Part shown: positions 28,352 to 37,892 of the stretch, piece after piece
Layout: every line of letters starts with the position of its first letter
Position numbering within the stretch: position 1 is the stretch's first letter
From: a bacterium
GTDB taxonomy: Bacteria; Campylobacterota; Campylobacteria; Campylobacterales; Sulfurimonadaceae
Direction: 5' to 3'
Length of the DNA stretch: 64,000 nt
NCBI GenBank assembly: GCA_018825665.1
Contig: JAHJEG010000040.1
Location: 14,897 to 78,896, forward strand
The notes under the pieces: generated by a model
Database searches by the model: none
Seen by the model: only the letters and a program-made list of their open reading frames with translations
What the model was told of the DNA's origin: nothing
Position numbers and translations under genes: made by a program

Positions 28352-28732
28352 ATGTTTGATTTTTTGAGTAGCGACTGGTTTATTGTCAGTTTGGAAATAG
28401 TGTTTTTGATCTTGATCGTCTTTGATGTTAAAAAATATGTGCAGACAAAAAAGAAAGAGTACATTACAAACATCGTGCTAACGATAGGGTTTTTTATATG
28501 GACGGCAATACCGTTTTACAACAGTTATATAACCTGGAATGCCGGGGATAAAAAAGAGTATGTTTCCACATGCCGGAGTGAAAATAATGAGAGCCTGTGC
28601 GAGTGCATAAGCGACGCCGTTTTTAAAGAGTACACTTTAGAATCTTTTGAAGCACTGGATAAAAACGGCAGCGATTTTAAAGAGTTTATAAAAGAGACAA
28701 AAGAGGAGTGTTTGGATGATTCATGGTTTTGA
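28352..28732 (+). CDS. Small two-TM membrane protein with a Cys-containing C-terminal domain
   Basis: Two hydrophobic helices, then a soluble tail with four Cys (C-x8-C-x-C ... C). No known family recognised. Confidence 0.4.
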   Translation: MFDFLSSDWFIVSLEIVFLILIVFDVKKYVQTKKKEYITNIVLTIGFFIWTAIPFYNSYITWNAGDKKEYVSTCRSENNESLCECISDAVFKEYTLESFEALDKNGSDFKEFIKETKEECLDDSWF

Positions 28733-28979
28733 CTTGAATAATCCGCTTGTTTGCGAGGGGATTGTCGGTGAGGGCTGCGGCGGCGGAAGGATTTTTTTAA
28801 TCGAAAATTCCGTTTTAAAAGCGTATGACCCTCAAAGCCAAGAATATATACTGCTGCTTGAAAATATCCACATGCCAAAGAAGATAAGCAAAAAAGCGTG
28901 CATTATTTCAATAGAGTGCGAAAAAGAAAATATAGAATTCGATTTGTCTTCTATGGGTAAAAGTATAAAAAAAGTTTAG
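28716..28979 (+). CDS. Small hypothetical protein (87 aa, four Cys)
   Basis: AAGAGGAG Shine-Dalgarno 8 nt upstream. Overlaps the preceding ORF by 17 nt. Confidence 0.35.
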   Translation: MIHGFDLNNPLVCEGIVGEGCGGGRIFLIENSVLKAYDPQSQEYILLLENIHMPKKISKKACIISIECEKENIEFDLSSMGKSIKKV

Positions 28980-29027
28980 ATATAATCATTAACAAGAAAA
29001 AAATATACATACAAAAGAGAATAAATT

Positions 29028-29525
29028 ATGGAAAAAATGGAACCTATGACACTTTTTGGCTATGAGAAACTTCAGGCTGAGGTAAAAGATTTGAAAACGG
29101 TTAAAAGACCGCAGACTGTTAAGGATATCGAAGAAGCCCTGGAGCACGGTGACTTAAAAGAAAATGCGGAGTACCATGCTGCAAAAGAACAGCAGAGACT
29201 TATAGACGGCCGTTTGGCAGAGCTTGCAGAACTTATCGGGAGTGCGAAAATAGTTGATCCGAGTGAGCTTGAGCATGCACGTATCAGTTTTGGATCAACA
29301 GTCGTTGTATGTGATTTGGATACGGATGAAGAGATGACGTATGTGATTGTAGGCGGATGTGAGAGCAATGCGGCCAACGGACTTATCTCCTTTAATTCCC
29401 CTTTGGCCAAACAGCTTTTGGGTCATGAAGAGGGGGATGAACTCAAGGTAAGACTCCCGGGCGGTGTAAAAGAGCTGGAGATTGTAGAGGTCAGATATCA
29501 GGAGATTGTCTTTGAGTGCCATTAA
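29028..29525 (+). CDS. greA: Transcription elongation factor GreA
   Basis: GYEKLQAEVKDL ... DLKENAEYHAAKEQQ ... a coiled-coil N-terminal domain plus a FKBP-like C-terminal domain (ISFNSPLAKQLLGHEEGDE). Confidence 0.92.
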   Translation: MEKMEPMTLFGYEKLQAEVKDLKTVKRPQTVKDIEEALEHGDLKENAEYHAAKEQQRLIDGRLAELAELIGSAKIVDPSELEHARISFGSTVVVCDLDTDEEMTYVIVGGCESNAANGLISFNSPLAKQLLGHEEGDELKVRLPGGVKELEIVEVRYQEIVFECH

Positions 29526-30516
29526 TGTAGGAATAGTCGGGGCAAGCGGCTATACAGGCCTGGAGCTTGTAAAAATACTTATAAACCATCCAAGATTCAA
29601 TCTCGCTTATGTGGCAAATTCCGATGGGGGAGTAAAGCTGAGCGAACTTCATCCCTCTTTGAGCGGTGTGGCGGAATTTGATGTTGCCAAAGCGGATGTG
29701 GATGAGATGGCAAAGTCCTGCGCGCTTGTATTTTTGGCAGTTCCTCATCAAACTGCCATGGCCTTTGTAAAACCGCTGATGGCGCGCGGAGTAAAAGTTG
29801 TAGACCTCTCGGCTGATTACCGTCTGCCTCAGGATATTTACGAGAAATTTTATTGTCCTCATACGGATGTGGAAAATTTGGAGAATGTGGTGTACGGTCT
29901 TCCTGAGATGTTCCGGGATGAACTGAAATCTGCCTCTCTTGTTGCAAATCCGGGGTGTTTTCCTACATCCGCAATCCTTGGGCTGCTTCCTTTTATATCC
30001 AAAAGAGTTCCCGGTACCCCTGTAATAGTGGATGCAAAAACGGGTGTAAGCGGAGCGGGAAAAAAGCTCAGCGAAGCAACACATTTCGTCAATGTGAACG
30101 ATAATCTCTTTGCCTACAACCCTTTGATGCACAGACATGCTCCCGAGATCGCACAAAAACTTGATATCCCTTTTGATGAGGTGCATTTTGTTCCTCATTT
30201 GGTGCCGCTGACCAGAGGGATGCTCTCTTCCATCTATATTCAGACAAGCGGCGAGTTTGATGCCGAGAAGCTTGTACGGGAGTATTACAAAGATGAACCC
30301 TTTGTGCGTATAAGCAAAGATCCCGTAGATATGAAGAATGTCTCAGGTACGAATTTTTGTGACATCTATGTAAAACAAAAAGGGAATATGCTCTTTATAT
30401 CGAGTTCTATTGACAATCTGATGCGTGGCGCTTCCTCTCAGGCTGTTGTAAATGCAAATCTTATGATGGGGCTGAGTGAGTCTTTAGGAATACCAAATAT
30501 AGCTTATGTCCCCTAA
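29506..30516 (+). CDS. argC: N-acetyl-gamma-glutamyl-phosphate reductase
   Basis: VGIVGASGYTGLEL and the active-site motif ANPGCFPTS. The TTG start (29506 or 29512) overlaps the greA end, so the exact start is uncertain. Confidence 0.9.
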   Translation: MSLSAINVGIVGASGYTGLELVKILINHPRFNLAYVANSDGGVKLSELHPSLSGVAEFDVAKADVDEMAKSCALVFLAVPHQTAMAFVKPLMARGVKVVDLSADYRLPQDIYEKFYCPHTDVENLENVVYGLPEMFRDELKSASLVANPGCFPTSAILGLLPFISKRVPGTPVIVDAKTGVSGAGKKLSEATHFVNVNDNLFAYNPLMHRHAPEIAQKLDIPFDEVHFVPHLVPLTRGMLSSIYIQTSGEFDAEKLVREYYKDEPFVRISKDPVDMKNVSGTNFCDIYVKQKGNMLFISSSIDNLMRGASSQAVVNANLMMGLSESLGIPNIAYVP

Positions 30517-31252
30517 TCAAATACAGATCAAAGAGGGTGCTTTTATCCTCTCTGATGCACACTACTCGCATCTTCGCCCGGAACTTTTGGACTTCTTAAA
30601 AGAGATCCACTCCAAAAAGCTCCATCCGACGCAGCTGATACTTATGGGTGATATCTTTGATGCTCTTTTTGGCGGAGTCGCGTATACGAGCGAAATCAAC
30701 AGTGAAGCCGTAAAAATTCTCAATGAAATCTCCAAAGAGACAGAAGTGGTTTATCTCGAGGGAAACCATGATTTCAACCTTCGTACAATATTTCCACATG
30801 CCAGAATATTTCCAATTTCGCAGCAGCCTTTGGCATGTGGATACAATGGAAAGAATATTTTACTCGCCCATGGTGATTTTGGAAGTAACCTGGGATACAG
30901 GATATATACCGCAATCATAAGAGACCCTCTCGTTTTATTTGTTTTAAAAATAATCGATTCGATGAGCGGACATGCCATACTCAAAAAGCTGGATGTGTAT
31001 TTAAGTAAAAAAGACGACTGTAAGGAGTTTAGCGGATTCCGTGAATTTATAAGCAAAAGACTGGTCTCAAAATACAGCTGTGATTACTTTATAGAGGGGC
31101 ATTACCATCAAAACAAAAGTTTGAAGTTTGATGATTTTACCTATATCAACCTTGGAGTTTTTGCGTGCAATCAAAGGTATTTTGTAGTAAAATCAGCCGA
31201 TGACGCAGAATTATTAGAAGAGAATATTTTTTCCAAGGGATATAAAATATGA
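30506..31252 (+). CDS. Calcineurin-like metallophosphoesterase, LpxH-like (UDP-2,3-diacylglucosamine hydrolase candidate)
   Basis: Metal-binding motifs LSDAHYS, MGDIFD, EGNHDF, LAHGD and EGHYH. Length is 248 aa. Confidence 0.6.
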   Translation: MSPNQIQIKEGAFILSDAHYSHLRPELLDFLKEIHSKKLHPTQLILMGDIFDALFGGVAYTSEINSEAVKILNEISKETEVVYLEGNHDFNLRTIFPHARIFPISQQPLACGYNGKNILLAHGDFGSNLGYRIYTAIIRDPLVLFVLKIIDSMSGHAILKKLDVYLSKKDDCKEFSGFREFISKRLVSKYSCDYFIEGHYHQNKSLKFDDFTYINLGVFACNQRYFVVKSADDAELLEENIFSKGYKI

Positions 31253-32190
31253 AGATAGACAATTCACTTAAGGTCGGTTCCAATGAGATGGAACTTGTTG
31301 ATTTTCGAATATTTAAGCAAGAAGATGATGAGATATATGAGGGGATTTACGGCATAAACGTATCAAAGGTCCGTGAGATTATCCGAGTCCCTTCCTTGAC
31401 GGAATTGCCCGGGACTCCTGATTTTATAGAGGGGATTTTTGATTTGAGAAGTGTCGTTATTCCGGTTGTCAATCTGGCTAAATGGATGGGGATCGTTGAA
31501 CCTGAGACGGCTGCTAAAAATTCCAGGGTCATCATTACCGAGTTCAACAATATATTGATAGGCTTTGTCGTTCATGAGGCAAAGAGAATAAGAAGAATCA
31601 GCTGGAGAGATATCGAACCGGCATCTTTTGTGAGCAACACGGAGTCTTTGGACGGAAGCAAGATAACGGGTGTCACCAAGATAGAGGATGAAAACGTACT
31701 GCTTATCCTGGATTTGGAAAGTGTTGTTCAGGATCTGGGACTTTATCAACCCGACGTCGGAGATATACCAAAAGAACTGGAGAAATTTTCAGGAATCGCC
31801 CTGGTGCTTGATGACAGTCTCACGGCAAGAAAAATAGTAAAAGATGCTCTGGAAAAAATGGGGTTTGATGTAGTAGAGGCAAGCGACGGACAAGACGGTC
31901 TGGATAAGCTTGATGATATCTACAATTTGTACGAAGAAGATATAGCACAGTATCTGAAGATAATCATATCTGATGTCGAGATGCCTAAAATGGATGGTTT
32001 TCACTTTGCATCCAACACGAAAAATGATGGAAGGTTTAACAATATTCCTATTGTGTTTAATTCATCTATCAGTGACCATTTTAGTGAAAACAGAGGGAAA
32101 GAAGCCGGCGGAGAAGCGTATTTGGTCAAGTTTCAGGCAAGCTCATTTTATGATGAAGTAGCACGGGTTGTTCGTGCACATATGAAGTAG
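31249..32190 (+). CDS. cheV: Chemotaxis coupling protein CheV (CheW-like domain plus REC)
   Basis: N-terminal CheW-like domain (FGINVSKVREI ... GIFDLRSVVIPVVNL). C-terminal receiver (LVLDDS ... IISDVEMPKMDG). ATGA overlap with the upstream gene. Confidence 0.9.
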   Translation: MKIDNSLKVGSNEMELVDFRIFKQEDDEIYEGIYGINVSKVREIIRVPSLTELPGTPDFIEGIFDLRSVVIPVVNLAKWMGIVEPETAAKNSRVIITEFNNILIGFVVHEAKRIRRISWRDIEPASFVSNTESLDGSKITGVTKIEDENVLLILDLESVVQDLGLYQPDVGDIPKELEKFSGIALVLDDSLTARKIVKDALEKMGFDVVEASDGQDGLDKLDDIYNLYEEDIAQYLKIIISDVEMPKMDGFHFASNTKNDGRFNNIPIVFNSSISDHFSENRGKEAGGEAYLVKFQASSFYDEVARVVRAHMK

Positions 32191-32200
32191 GAGTGTAAAT

Positions 32201-34564
32201 ATGGATGAATTTCAGGAAATACTGCAGGATTTTTTAGTTGAATCCTTTGAACTTATCGAGCAATTGGATCAGGATCTGGTGGAGTTGGAATCCAGACCCG
32301 ATGACCTGGACCTTTTAAACGGAATATTCCGTGTTGCACATACCGTCAAAGGTGCTTCATCATTTTTGAACTTTGATGTATTGACACATCTGACACATCA
32401 TATGGAAGATGTTTTAAACAAGGCTAGACACGGTGAACTCAGAATCACTCCGGACGTTATGGATGTTATTTTAGAATCTATAGACCTGATGAAGACACTC
32501 CTTGGGGTGATTCGCGATACAAGCGCTGATTCGGGTGTGGATGTCTCTGAATGTGTATCCAGACTGGACAAAGTAAGCGGCGGTGACGGTGAGGTTGAGT
32601 CTCCTGTCTTAGATGCTGCTCCTGTTATTGAGGAGAAAGAAGCTGAAGAAGAGCTTGACTTTGAGAATATGGATGATGCTGATATTGAAGCGGAGATCGA
32701 GAGACTCTTATCCCAAAGACAAGATGAGGACAAAGCAAAACGGGAAGCAAAAATAGCAGCCGGCGAGTCGGTTCCCGTTCCTCCGCCATCTCCGGATGAA
32801 GAACCTGAAGAACAAAAAGCAAAACCTGCACCCAAGGCTCCCGTAGCAGCTGCACCCAAGGCGGCCGTATCCCAAAAAGCAGAAGTCTTTGATGATGCAA
32901 AAGCAGCGGCTCCTGCAAAAAGAGCTCCTGCGGCGGTTGAGCAGACTATCCGTGTCGACGTAAAAAGACTTGATCATTTAATGAATCTTATCGGTGAGCT
33001 TGTTCTTGCCAAAAACAGACTGATAAAAATAAACGATGATGTTGAAGAGCGATACGAAGGGGAGGAGTTTTTAGAAGAGTTGAATCAGGTCGTCTCGATT
33101 GTATCCCTTGTTACAACCGATTTGCAGATAGCGGTCATGAAAACAAGAATGCTTCCGATTGGAAAAGTGTTTAATAAATTTCCTCGGATGATTCGTGATT
33201 TGACCAGAGAGCTAAACAAAAAAATGGAGCTTGAGATATCGGGTGAAGATACGGAGCTTGACAAATCAATCGTCGAAGAGATTGGTGATCCTCTTGTGCA
33301 TATTATCAGAAACTCGTGTGACCACGGGATAGAAACACCGGCAGTTCGTTTGGCAGCCGGCAAACCGGAGACGGGTACTATCGCTTTAAAAGCATATAAC
33401 GAAGGAAATGCCATTGTTATTCAGATAGATGATGACGGAAAAGGTCTTGATTCTGATATGTTAAAGAACAAGTCTTTGGAAAAAGGGATCATCACGGAAA
33501 AAGAAGCTGATCTTATGAGCGAGAAGGATGCCTTCAGCCTTATCTTTAAGCCGGGCTTTTCAACTGCCGCGGCAGTAACCAGCGTATCCGGACGCGGCGT
33601 CGGTATGGACGTGGTTAAGACAAATATCGAAAAACTAAACGGCATTATCGATATCGACAGCGAAGTGGGTGTCGGTACATCCATCAAACTCAAGATACCA
33701 TTGACTCTGGCTATTATCCAGGCCTTGTTGGTGGGTGTCCAAGAGGAGCATTATGCGATTCCTCTTGCGTCGGTTTTAGAAACCGTACGTATTTCCAGAG
33801 ATGAGATCTATACAGTTGAAAACCGTTCGGTTATGAGGCTGCGTGAAGATGTCTTGTCCTTGGTGCATATCGGAGATATCTTTGAAGTGGAACGTATACT
33901 CGATTCAAGCGAACACGCGTACGTAGTAGTCCTGGGTCTGGGTGCAAGCAAAATCGGCTTGATTGTCGATACTCTTATAGGTCAAGAGGAGATTGTTATC
34001 AAATCTCTGGGTGAATATCTAAAAGGGATAGAAGGTATTGCGGGAGCTACGATTCGAGGTGATGGAGGGGTGACGCTCATCGTAGACGTAGCCGCACTGA
34101 TGCATATGGCCAAGGGCGTTAAAGCAAGCGCCATGATAGAGGAGACTTCATCTGTAACTAAAGAAAAAACAAAAGCAAGCGACTATACCATCATGATAGT
34201 GGATGATTCCAAAACAGACAGAACTATTATGAGAAAGGCTCTTGAGCCGCTTGGAATCACGCTTATAGAGGCGAGTGACGGACAAGAAGCCCTCAATACT
34301 TTAAAACAGGGCGACCATCACTTTGACGCTATGCTTATAGATATCGAGATGCCTAGAATGGATGGATATTCCCTAGCAACAGAGATTAAAAAATATAATA
34401 AATACAAAAAACTGCCTCTTATAGCCGTGACATCCCGTACGGGCAAGTCGGACAGGATGAGAGGTGTGGAGTCCGGAATGGCCGAATATATCACGAAACC
34501 GTATTCAGCAGACTATTTGGCGAGTGTAGTTCAAAGAAATATTAACTTTAAATCGGAGTTTTAA
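32201..34564 (+). CDS. cheA: Chemotaxis histidine kinase CheA with a C-terminal receiver domain (CheA-Y)
   Basis: Hpt P1 FRVAHTVKGAS, an acidic and Ala/Pro/Lys-rich linker, P3/P4 (HIIRNSCDHGIE, DDGKG, GRGVGMDVV), P5 CheW-like domain, REC (IMIVDDS ... LIDIEMPRMDG). Confidence 0.95.
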   Translation: MDEFQEILQDFLVESFELIEQLDQDLVELESRPDDLDLLNGIFRVAHTVKGASSFLNFDVLTHLTHHMEDVLNKARHGELRITPDVMDVILESIDLMKTLLGVIRDTSADSGVDVSECVSRLDKVSGGDGEVESPVLDAAPVIEEKEAEEELDFENMDDADIEAEIERLLSQRQDEDKAKREAKIAAGESVPVPPPSPDEEPEEQKAKPAPKAPVAAAPKAAVSQKAEVFDDAKAAAPAKRAPAAVEQTIRVDVKRLDHLMNLIGELVLAKNRLIKINDDVEERYEGEEFLEELNQVVSIVSLVTTDLQIAVMKTRMLPIGKVFNKFPRMIRDLTRELNKKMELEISGEDTELDKSIVEEIGDPLVHIIRNSCDHGIETPAVRLAAGKPETGTIALKAYNEGNAIVIQIDDDGKGLDSDMLKNKSLEKGIITEKEADLMSEKDAFSLIFKPGFSTAAAVTSVSGRGVGMDVVKTNIEKLNGIIDIDSEVGVGTSIKLKIPLTLAIIQALLVGVQEEHYAIPLASVLETVRISRDEIYTVENRSVMRLREDVLSLVHIGDIFEVERILDSSEHAYVVVLGLGASKIGLIVDTLIGQEEIVIKSLGEYLKGIEGIAGATIRGDGGVTLIVDVAALMHMAKGVKASAMIEETSSVTKEKTKASDYTIMIVDDSKTDRTIMRKALEPLGITLIEASDGQEALNTLKQGDHHFDAMLIDIEMPRMDGYSLATEIKKYNKYKKLPLIAVTSRTGKSDRMRGVESGMAEYITKPYSADYLASVVQRNINFKSEF

Positions 34565-34566
34565 TA

Positions 34567-35061
34567 ATGAGTGATAAATTACAACAGGTTATTAACAATC
34601 AAAATAGACAGCAGGAATTGGGGATTAGCCATACTGATGATGTAGTTCAGTTGGTTGGATTTATTATCGGCGAAGAGGAATACGCCGTGCCTATTTTAAG
34701 TATCCAAGAGATTATAAAGCCCATAGAATGGACCAGAGTTCCGCAGACTCCCGGATATGTGTTGGGTGTTTTTAATCTTCGCGGTGCCGTTATCCCTTTG
34801 ATTGATCTGCGTTTAAAATTTGGTCTGAAATCCAAAAAACACAATGAAGAAACACGTTTTTTTGTTTTAAAACAGGGTGACGACGTGGCAGGTTTTGTGA
34901 TAGACAGACTCACCATGGCACTTAGGATTAAAAAAACAGATATCGGTCCTGCCCCGGACACAATGGCCGGAGATGAAAGCCTTATCGAGGGTGTTGGAAA
35001 ACAGGCTGACAGGATACTGACAATACTCAAGGTAAACAAATTGCTAGAGAGAGATTTTTAG
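34567..35061 (+). CDS. cheW: Chemotaxis coupling protein CheW
   Basis: 164 aa CheW-like domain (EEYAVPILSIQEI ... GVFNLRGAVIPLIDLR). Confidence 0.9.
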   Translation: MSDKLQQVINNQNRQQELGISHTDDVVQLVGFIIGEEEYAVPILSIQEIIKPIEWTRVPQTPGYVLGVFNLRGAVIPLIDLRLKFGLKSKKHNEETRFFVLKQGDDVAGFVIDRLTMALRIKKTDIGPAPDTMAGDESLIEGVGKQADRILTILKVNKLLERDF

Positions 35062-35073
35062 TAATCAAACAGT

Positions 35074-36195
35074 ATGGAGAATCACTCATTACTTATAAGC
35101 TACTCTGACAATAAACTCTCTTTAAAATTAAAAGGGGAGTTTAACTTATACATCATTTCAAAATATCAGCAGCAGATAGAAAAAATAGATTTCACCAATA
35201 TCAAATATCTCCATATCGATCTTGATGCCTTGTTGTTTTTGGATACCGCAACAGCGATATGGATAAACAATCTTATAAGTACTTTATCCAAACAAAATAT
35301 ACATACGGAAATACTTTGCTCAAACAAAGATATTTTGGGAACACTAAAACTAGTCAAAGAGCAAATAGAAAAATCGAGTCCGCTTCCACATGCCAGGCAA
35401 AAAAGTTTCATATACAGTATAGGAGAACAGGCATATTCAAACTATACAGGCTTTTTATTGTTCATGGCATTTATCGGTGAGCTCTTTGCGGTGAAGCTGC
35501 ACTATCTGAAGTCTATAAAAAACATCAGATTCAAAGAGATAGCGTTTGAGATGAATGAGAGTGCGATAAAAGCTTTGGGAATTATCGCATTGACCAGTTT
35601 TTTGATAGGTTTGGTCGTCGCATACCAATCGGCATATCAGTTGAAAATATACGGTGCCAATATATTTATAGTGGATATGCTCGGACTCTCTATATTAAGA
35701 GAACTCTCACCGCTGATTACGGCTATAGTCATTGCAGGAAGAAGCGGTTCGGCTTTTACGGCTCAGATAGGTGCGATGAAGATAACCGAAGAGCTTGATG
35801 CGATGAGGACTATGGGTTTTGACCCCTATCTGTTTTTGGTTCTGCCGAGGATAATAGCCTTGATGATTGCGATGCCGGTTCTGATTTTTGTCTCAGATAT
35901 GATGGCGATATCGGGGGGTATACTTGTAGCACAGATTAATCTTGATATCACGCCCGAACTTTTTTTAGAACGCTTTAACAATGTTATCGATGCCAAACAT
36001 TTTTTTGTCGGGATAGTAAAGGGCCCTTTTTTCGCATTTTTAATCGCTTCTATCGGAATATACAGAGGCTTGATGGTAAAGAATGATACGCAAAGCATAG
36101 GATTGAATACTACAAAAAGTGTGGTCGAGTCAATTTTTGCCGTAATCGTATGCGATGCCGTCTTTTCAATAGCCTTTACAAATTTGGGTATATAA
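35074..36195 (+). CDS. MlaE-family ABC permease with an N-terminal STAS (MlaB-like) domain
   Basis: About 100 aa of STAS-like sequence (LSLKLKGEFNLYIISKYQQQIEKIDF ... LDALLFLDTATAIWI). This is followed by an MlaE permease core (ELSPLITAIVIAGRSGSAFTAQIGAMKITEELDAMRTMG). Confidence 0.8.
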   Translation: MENHSLLISYSDNKLSLKLKGEFNLYIISKYQQQIEKIDFTNIKYLHIDLDALLFLDTATAIWINNLISTLSKQNIHTEILCSNKDILGTLKLVKEQIEKSSPLPHARQKSFIYSIGEQAYSNYTGFLLFMAFIGELFAVKLHYLKSIKNIRFKEIAFEMNESAIKALGIIALTSFLIGLVVAYQSAYQLKIYGANIFIVDMLGLSILRELSPLITAIVIAGRSGSAFTAQIGAMKITEELDAMRTMGFDPYLFLVLPRIIALMIAMPVLIFVSDMMAISGGILVAQINLDITPELFLERFNNVIDAKHFFVGIVKGPFFAFLIASIGIYRGLMVKNDTQSIGLNTTKSVVESIFAVIVCDAVFSIAFTNLGI

Positions 36196-36935
36196 TGAAA
36201 AATATCATAAATGTAAGAGATGTAAGAACAATATTCGATGACAAGGTGATCCATGAAGGACTGACCCTGAGCATAAGAGAGGGTGAGATATATGGACTCC
36301 TGGGGCCAAGCGGATGCGGCAAGACGACCCTGCTTAAAGAGATGGTCATGCTGCAAAGGTTTAGCAGCGGCGAAATAGAGGTTTTGGGACATAATATAAA
36401 TACTATCACACACAAAGTAGCACAGGAGCTCAGACGCAGCTGGGGCGTACTGTTTCAGGGAGGTGCGCTTTTTTCATCTTTGAGTATTGCGGAGAATATT
36501 GCACTTCCTCTTAAAGAATATACGGACTTGAATGAGAAGATGATAGATGAGATTGTCCGTTTCAAAATAAGTATAGTCGGCTTAAAGTCAAGAGACGCCT
36601 TGCTCTATCCTTCTCAGATAAGTGGGGGTATGAAAAAAAAAGCAGCTTTGGCAAGAGCACTTGCAATGGATCCGAAACTTTTGTTTTTGGATGAGCCGAC
36701 AAGTGGATTAGACCCAATATCTGCGAGAGAATTTGACAGTTTGATTCTTAAACTGCGTTCACTTCTGGGATTGAGCGTCGTGATGGTTTCACACGATTTA
36801 AAATCTATTTATGATACACTTGACAGGGTAGCAATCATAGATAATAAAAAAATAGTCTATGAAGGAAGTCTGGAAAATATGAAATATGAACAAAGTGAAT
36901 TTATAGAAACATTTTTTAGGAACAAGAATGAATAA
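36195..36935 (+). CDS. MlaF-type ABC transporter ATP-binding protein
   Basis: ATG at 36195 overlaps the permease stop (ATAATG). Walker A GPSGCGKTT, signature ISGGMKKKAALA, Walker B LLFLDEPTSGLD. The ORF-track start at 36150 is an upstream extension. Confidence 0.85.
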   Translation: MKNIINVRDVRTIFDDKVIHEGLTLSIREGEIYGLLGPSGCGKTTLLKEMVMLQRFSSGEIEVLGHNINTITHKVAQELRRSWGVLFQGGALFSSLSIAENIALPLKEYTDLNEKMIDEIVRFKISIVGLKSRDALLYPSQISGGMKKKAALARALAMDPKLLFLDEPTSGLDPISAREFDSLILKLRSLLGLSVVMVSHDLKSIYDTLDRVAIIDNKKIVYEGSLENMKYEQSEFIETFFRNKNE

Positions 36936-37890
36936 TAAGGTGAATTATGCGGCTGTAGGCCTTTTGGTATTATTCGGCTTTGTGTTGATGATGGGGTTTA
37001 CCTACTGGCTTTTAAAACCCTCTGCAGAGGAAGAAACAAGAAAATATATAATCCATTTCGATGAATCGGTGCTGGGTTTGAATCTCGATGCTCCTGTAAA
37101 GTACAGAGGGATAAGTGTCGGCAAGGTCTCCAGACTTAGAATCAATCCAAACAACTCAGAACAGGTTGAAGTGTTAATCACGATTTTAAAAACGACACCC
37201 ATAAAATCTACGACAGTCGCAAAGCTGACATCCCAAGGCATTACGGGACTCAGTTATATCAATCTCAGCCTCGGGGATAACGGTGCTCCCGAACTTCAAA
37301 TAAAAAAAGGGGAGCAATACCCCGTGATTCGGACAGAACCTTCATTTTTTATCGCATTTGAAAAATCACTTGACAATGTATCAAGCAGACTCACGACCAC
37401 GCTTGCAAAAACCGAAGATCTGTTAAATGAAAAAAATCAGCAGCAAATAGCGCTTTTACTGGAGAGAACAGCGGGCTTTATGGGCAGAATGGAAAAACTT
37501 CTGGATGATGAGACTATAAAAAATTTCCAGGGGACTGCCAAAAATCTTAATTCTTCCTCCCTGAAACTGGATAAAATGATGCCGAAAATAGAGTTGTTTG
37601 TGGATAACAGCAGGGAGTGGGAAGATAAGATCTCTACGACCTTCAGTTCAATCATGAACAGTTATCTGGGGATAAGAGGCACGATGGATGAGTTCAAGAA
37701 GGCCGTGTTAAACGGAGATTTTAATCTCAAAGAGATTTCAGCAGAGGTCGTCCCTACGATAAACAACAGTCTCATAGAGATGCAACAGCTGATGATAAAG
37801 ATAGAGGGAATGCTTAATAGGTATGAGAGAAGTCCGGGTGATGTGCTCTTTAAGCAAGAACAGATCAAAAAAGGTCCAGGTGAGGAGTAG
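36928..37890 (+). CDS. MlaD/MCE-domain protein with a long helical C-terminal extension
   Basis: N-terminal TM anchor and MCE domain (GLNLDAPVKYRGISVGKVSRLRI). About 190 aa of helical tail. Confidence 0.75.
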   Translation: MNNKVNYAAVGLLVLFGFVLMMGFTYWLLKPSAEEETRKYIIHFDESVLGLNLDAPVKYRGISVGKVSRLRINPNNSEQVEVLITILKTTPIKSTTVAKLTSQGITGLSYINLSLGDNGAPELQIKKGEQYPVIRTEPSFFIAFEKSLDNVSSRLTTTLAKTEDLLNEKNQQQIALLLERTAGFMGRMEKLLDDETIKNFQGTAKNLNSSSLKLDKMMPKIELFVDNSREWEDKISTTFSSIMNSYLGIRGTMDEFKKAVLNGDFNLKEISAEVVPTINNSLIEMQQLMIKIEGMLNRYERSPGDVLFKQEQIKKGPGEE

Positions 37891-37892
37891 GT

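Noticed and set aside
29491-30198. 235-aa ORF antisense to argC
   Set aside because: It lies entirely inside the well-supported argC frame (GASGYTG and PGCFPTS motifs). Its sequence is Arg/Cys/His-rich and low in complexity, with no SD. This is a shadow ORF.
32398-32977. Several 89-153-aa antisense ORFs inside cheA
   Set aside because: They arise from the GC-richer Ala/Pro/Lys low-complexity linker of CheA. They have no start context or motifs.
35826-36413. 195-aa ORF antisense to the mlaE/mlaF junction
   Set aside because: It overlaps two strongly supported ABC transporter genes on the opposite strand and has no recognisable motif. This is a shadow ORF.
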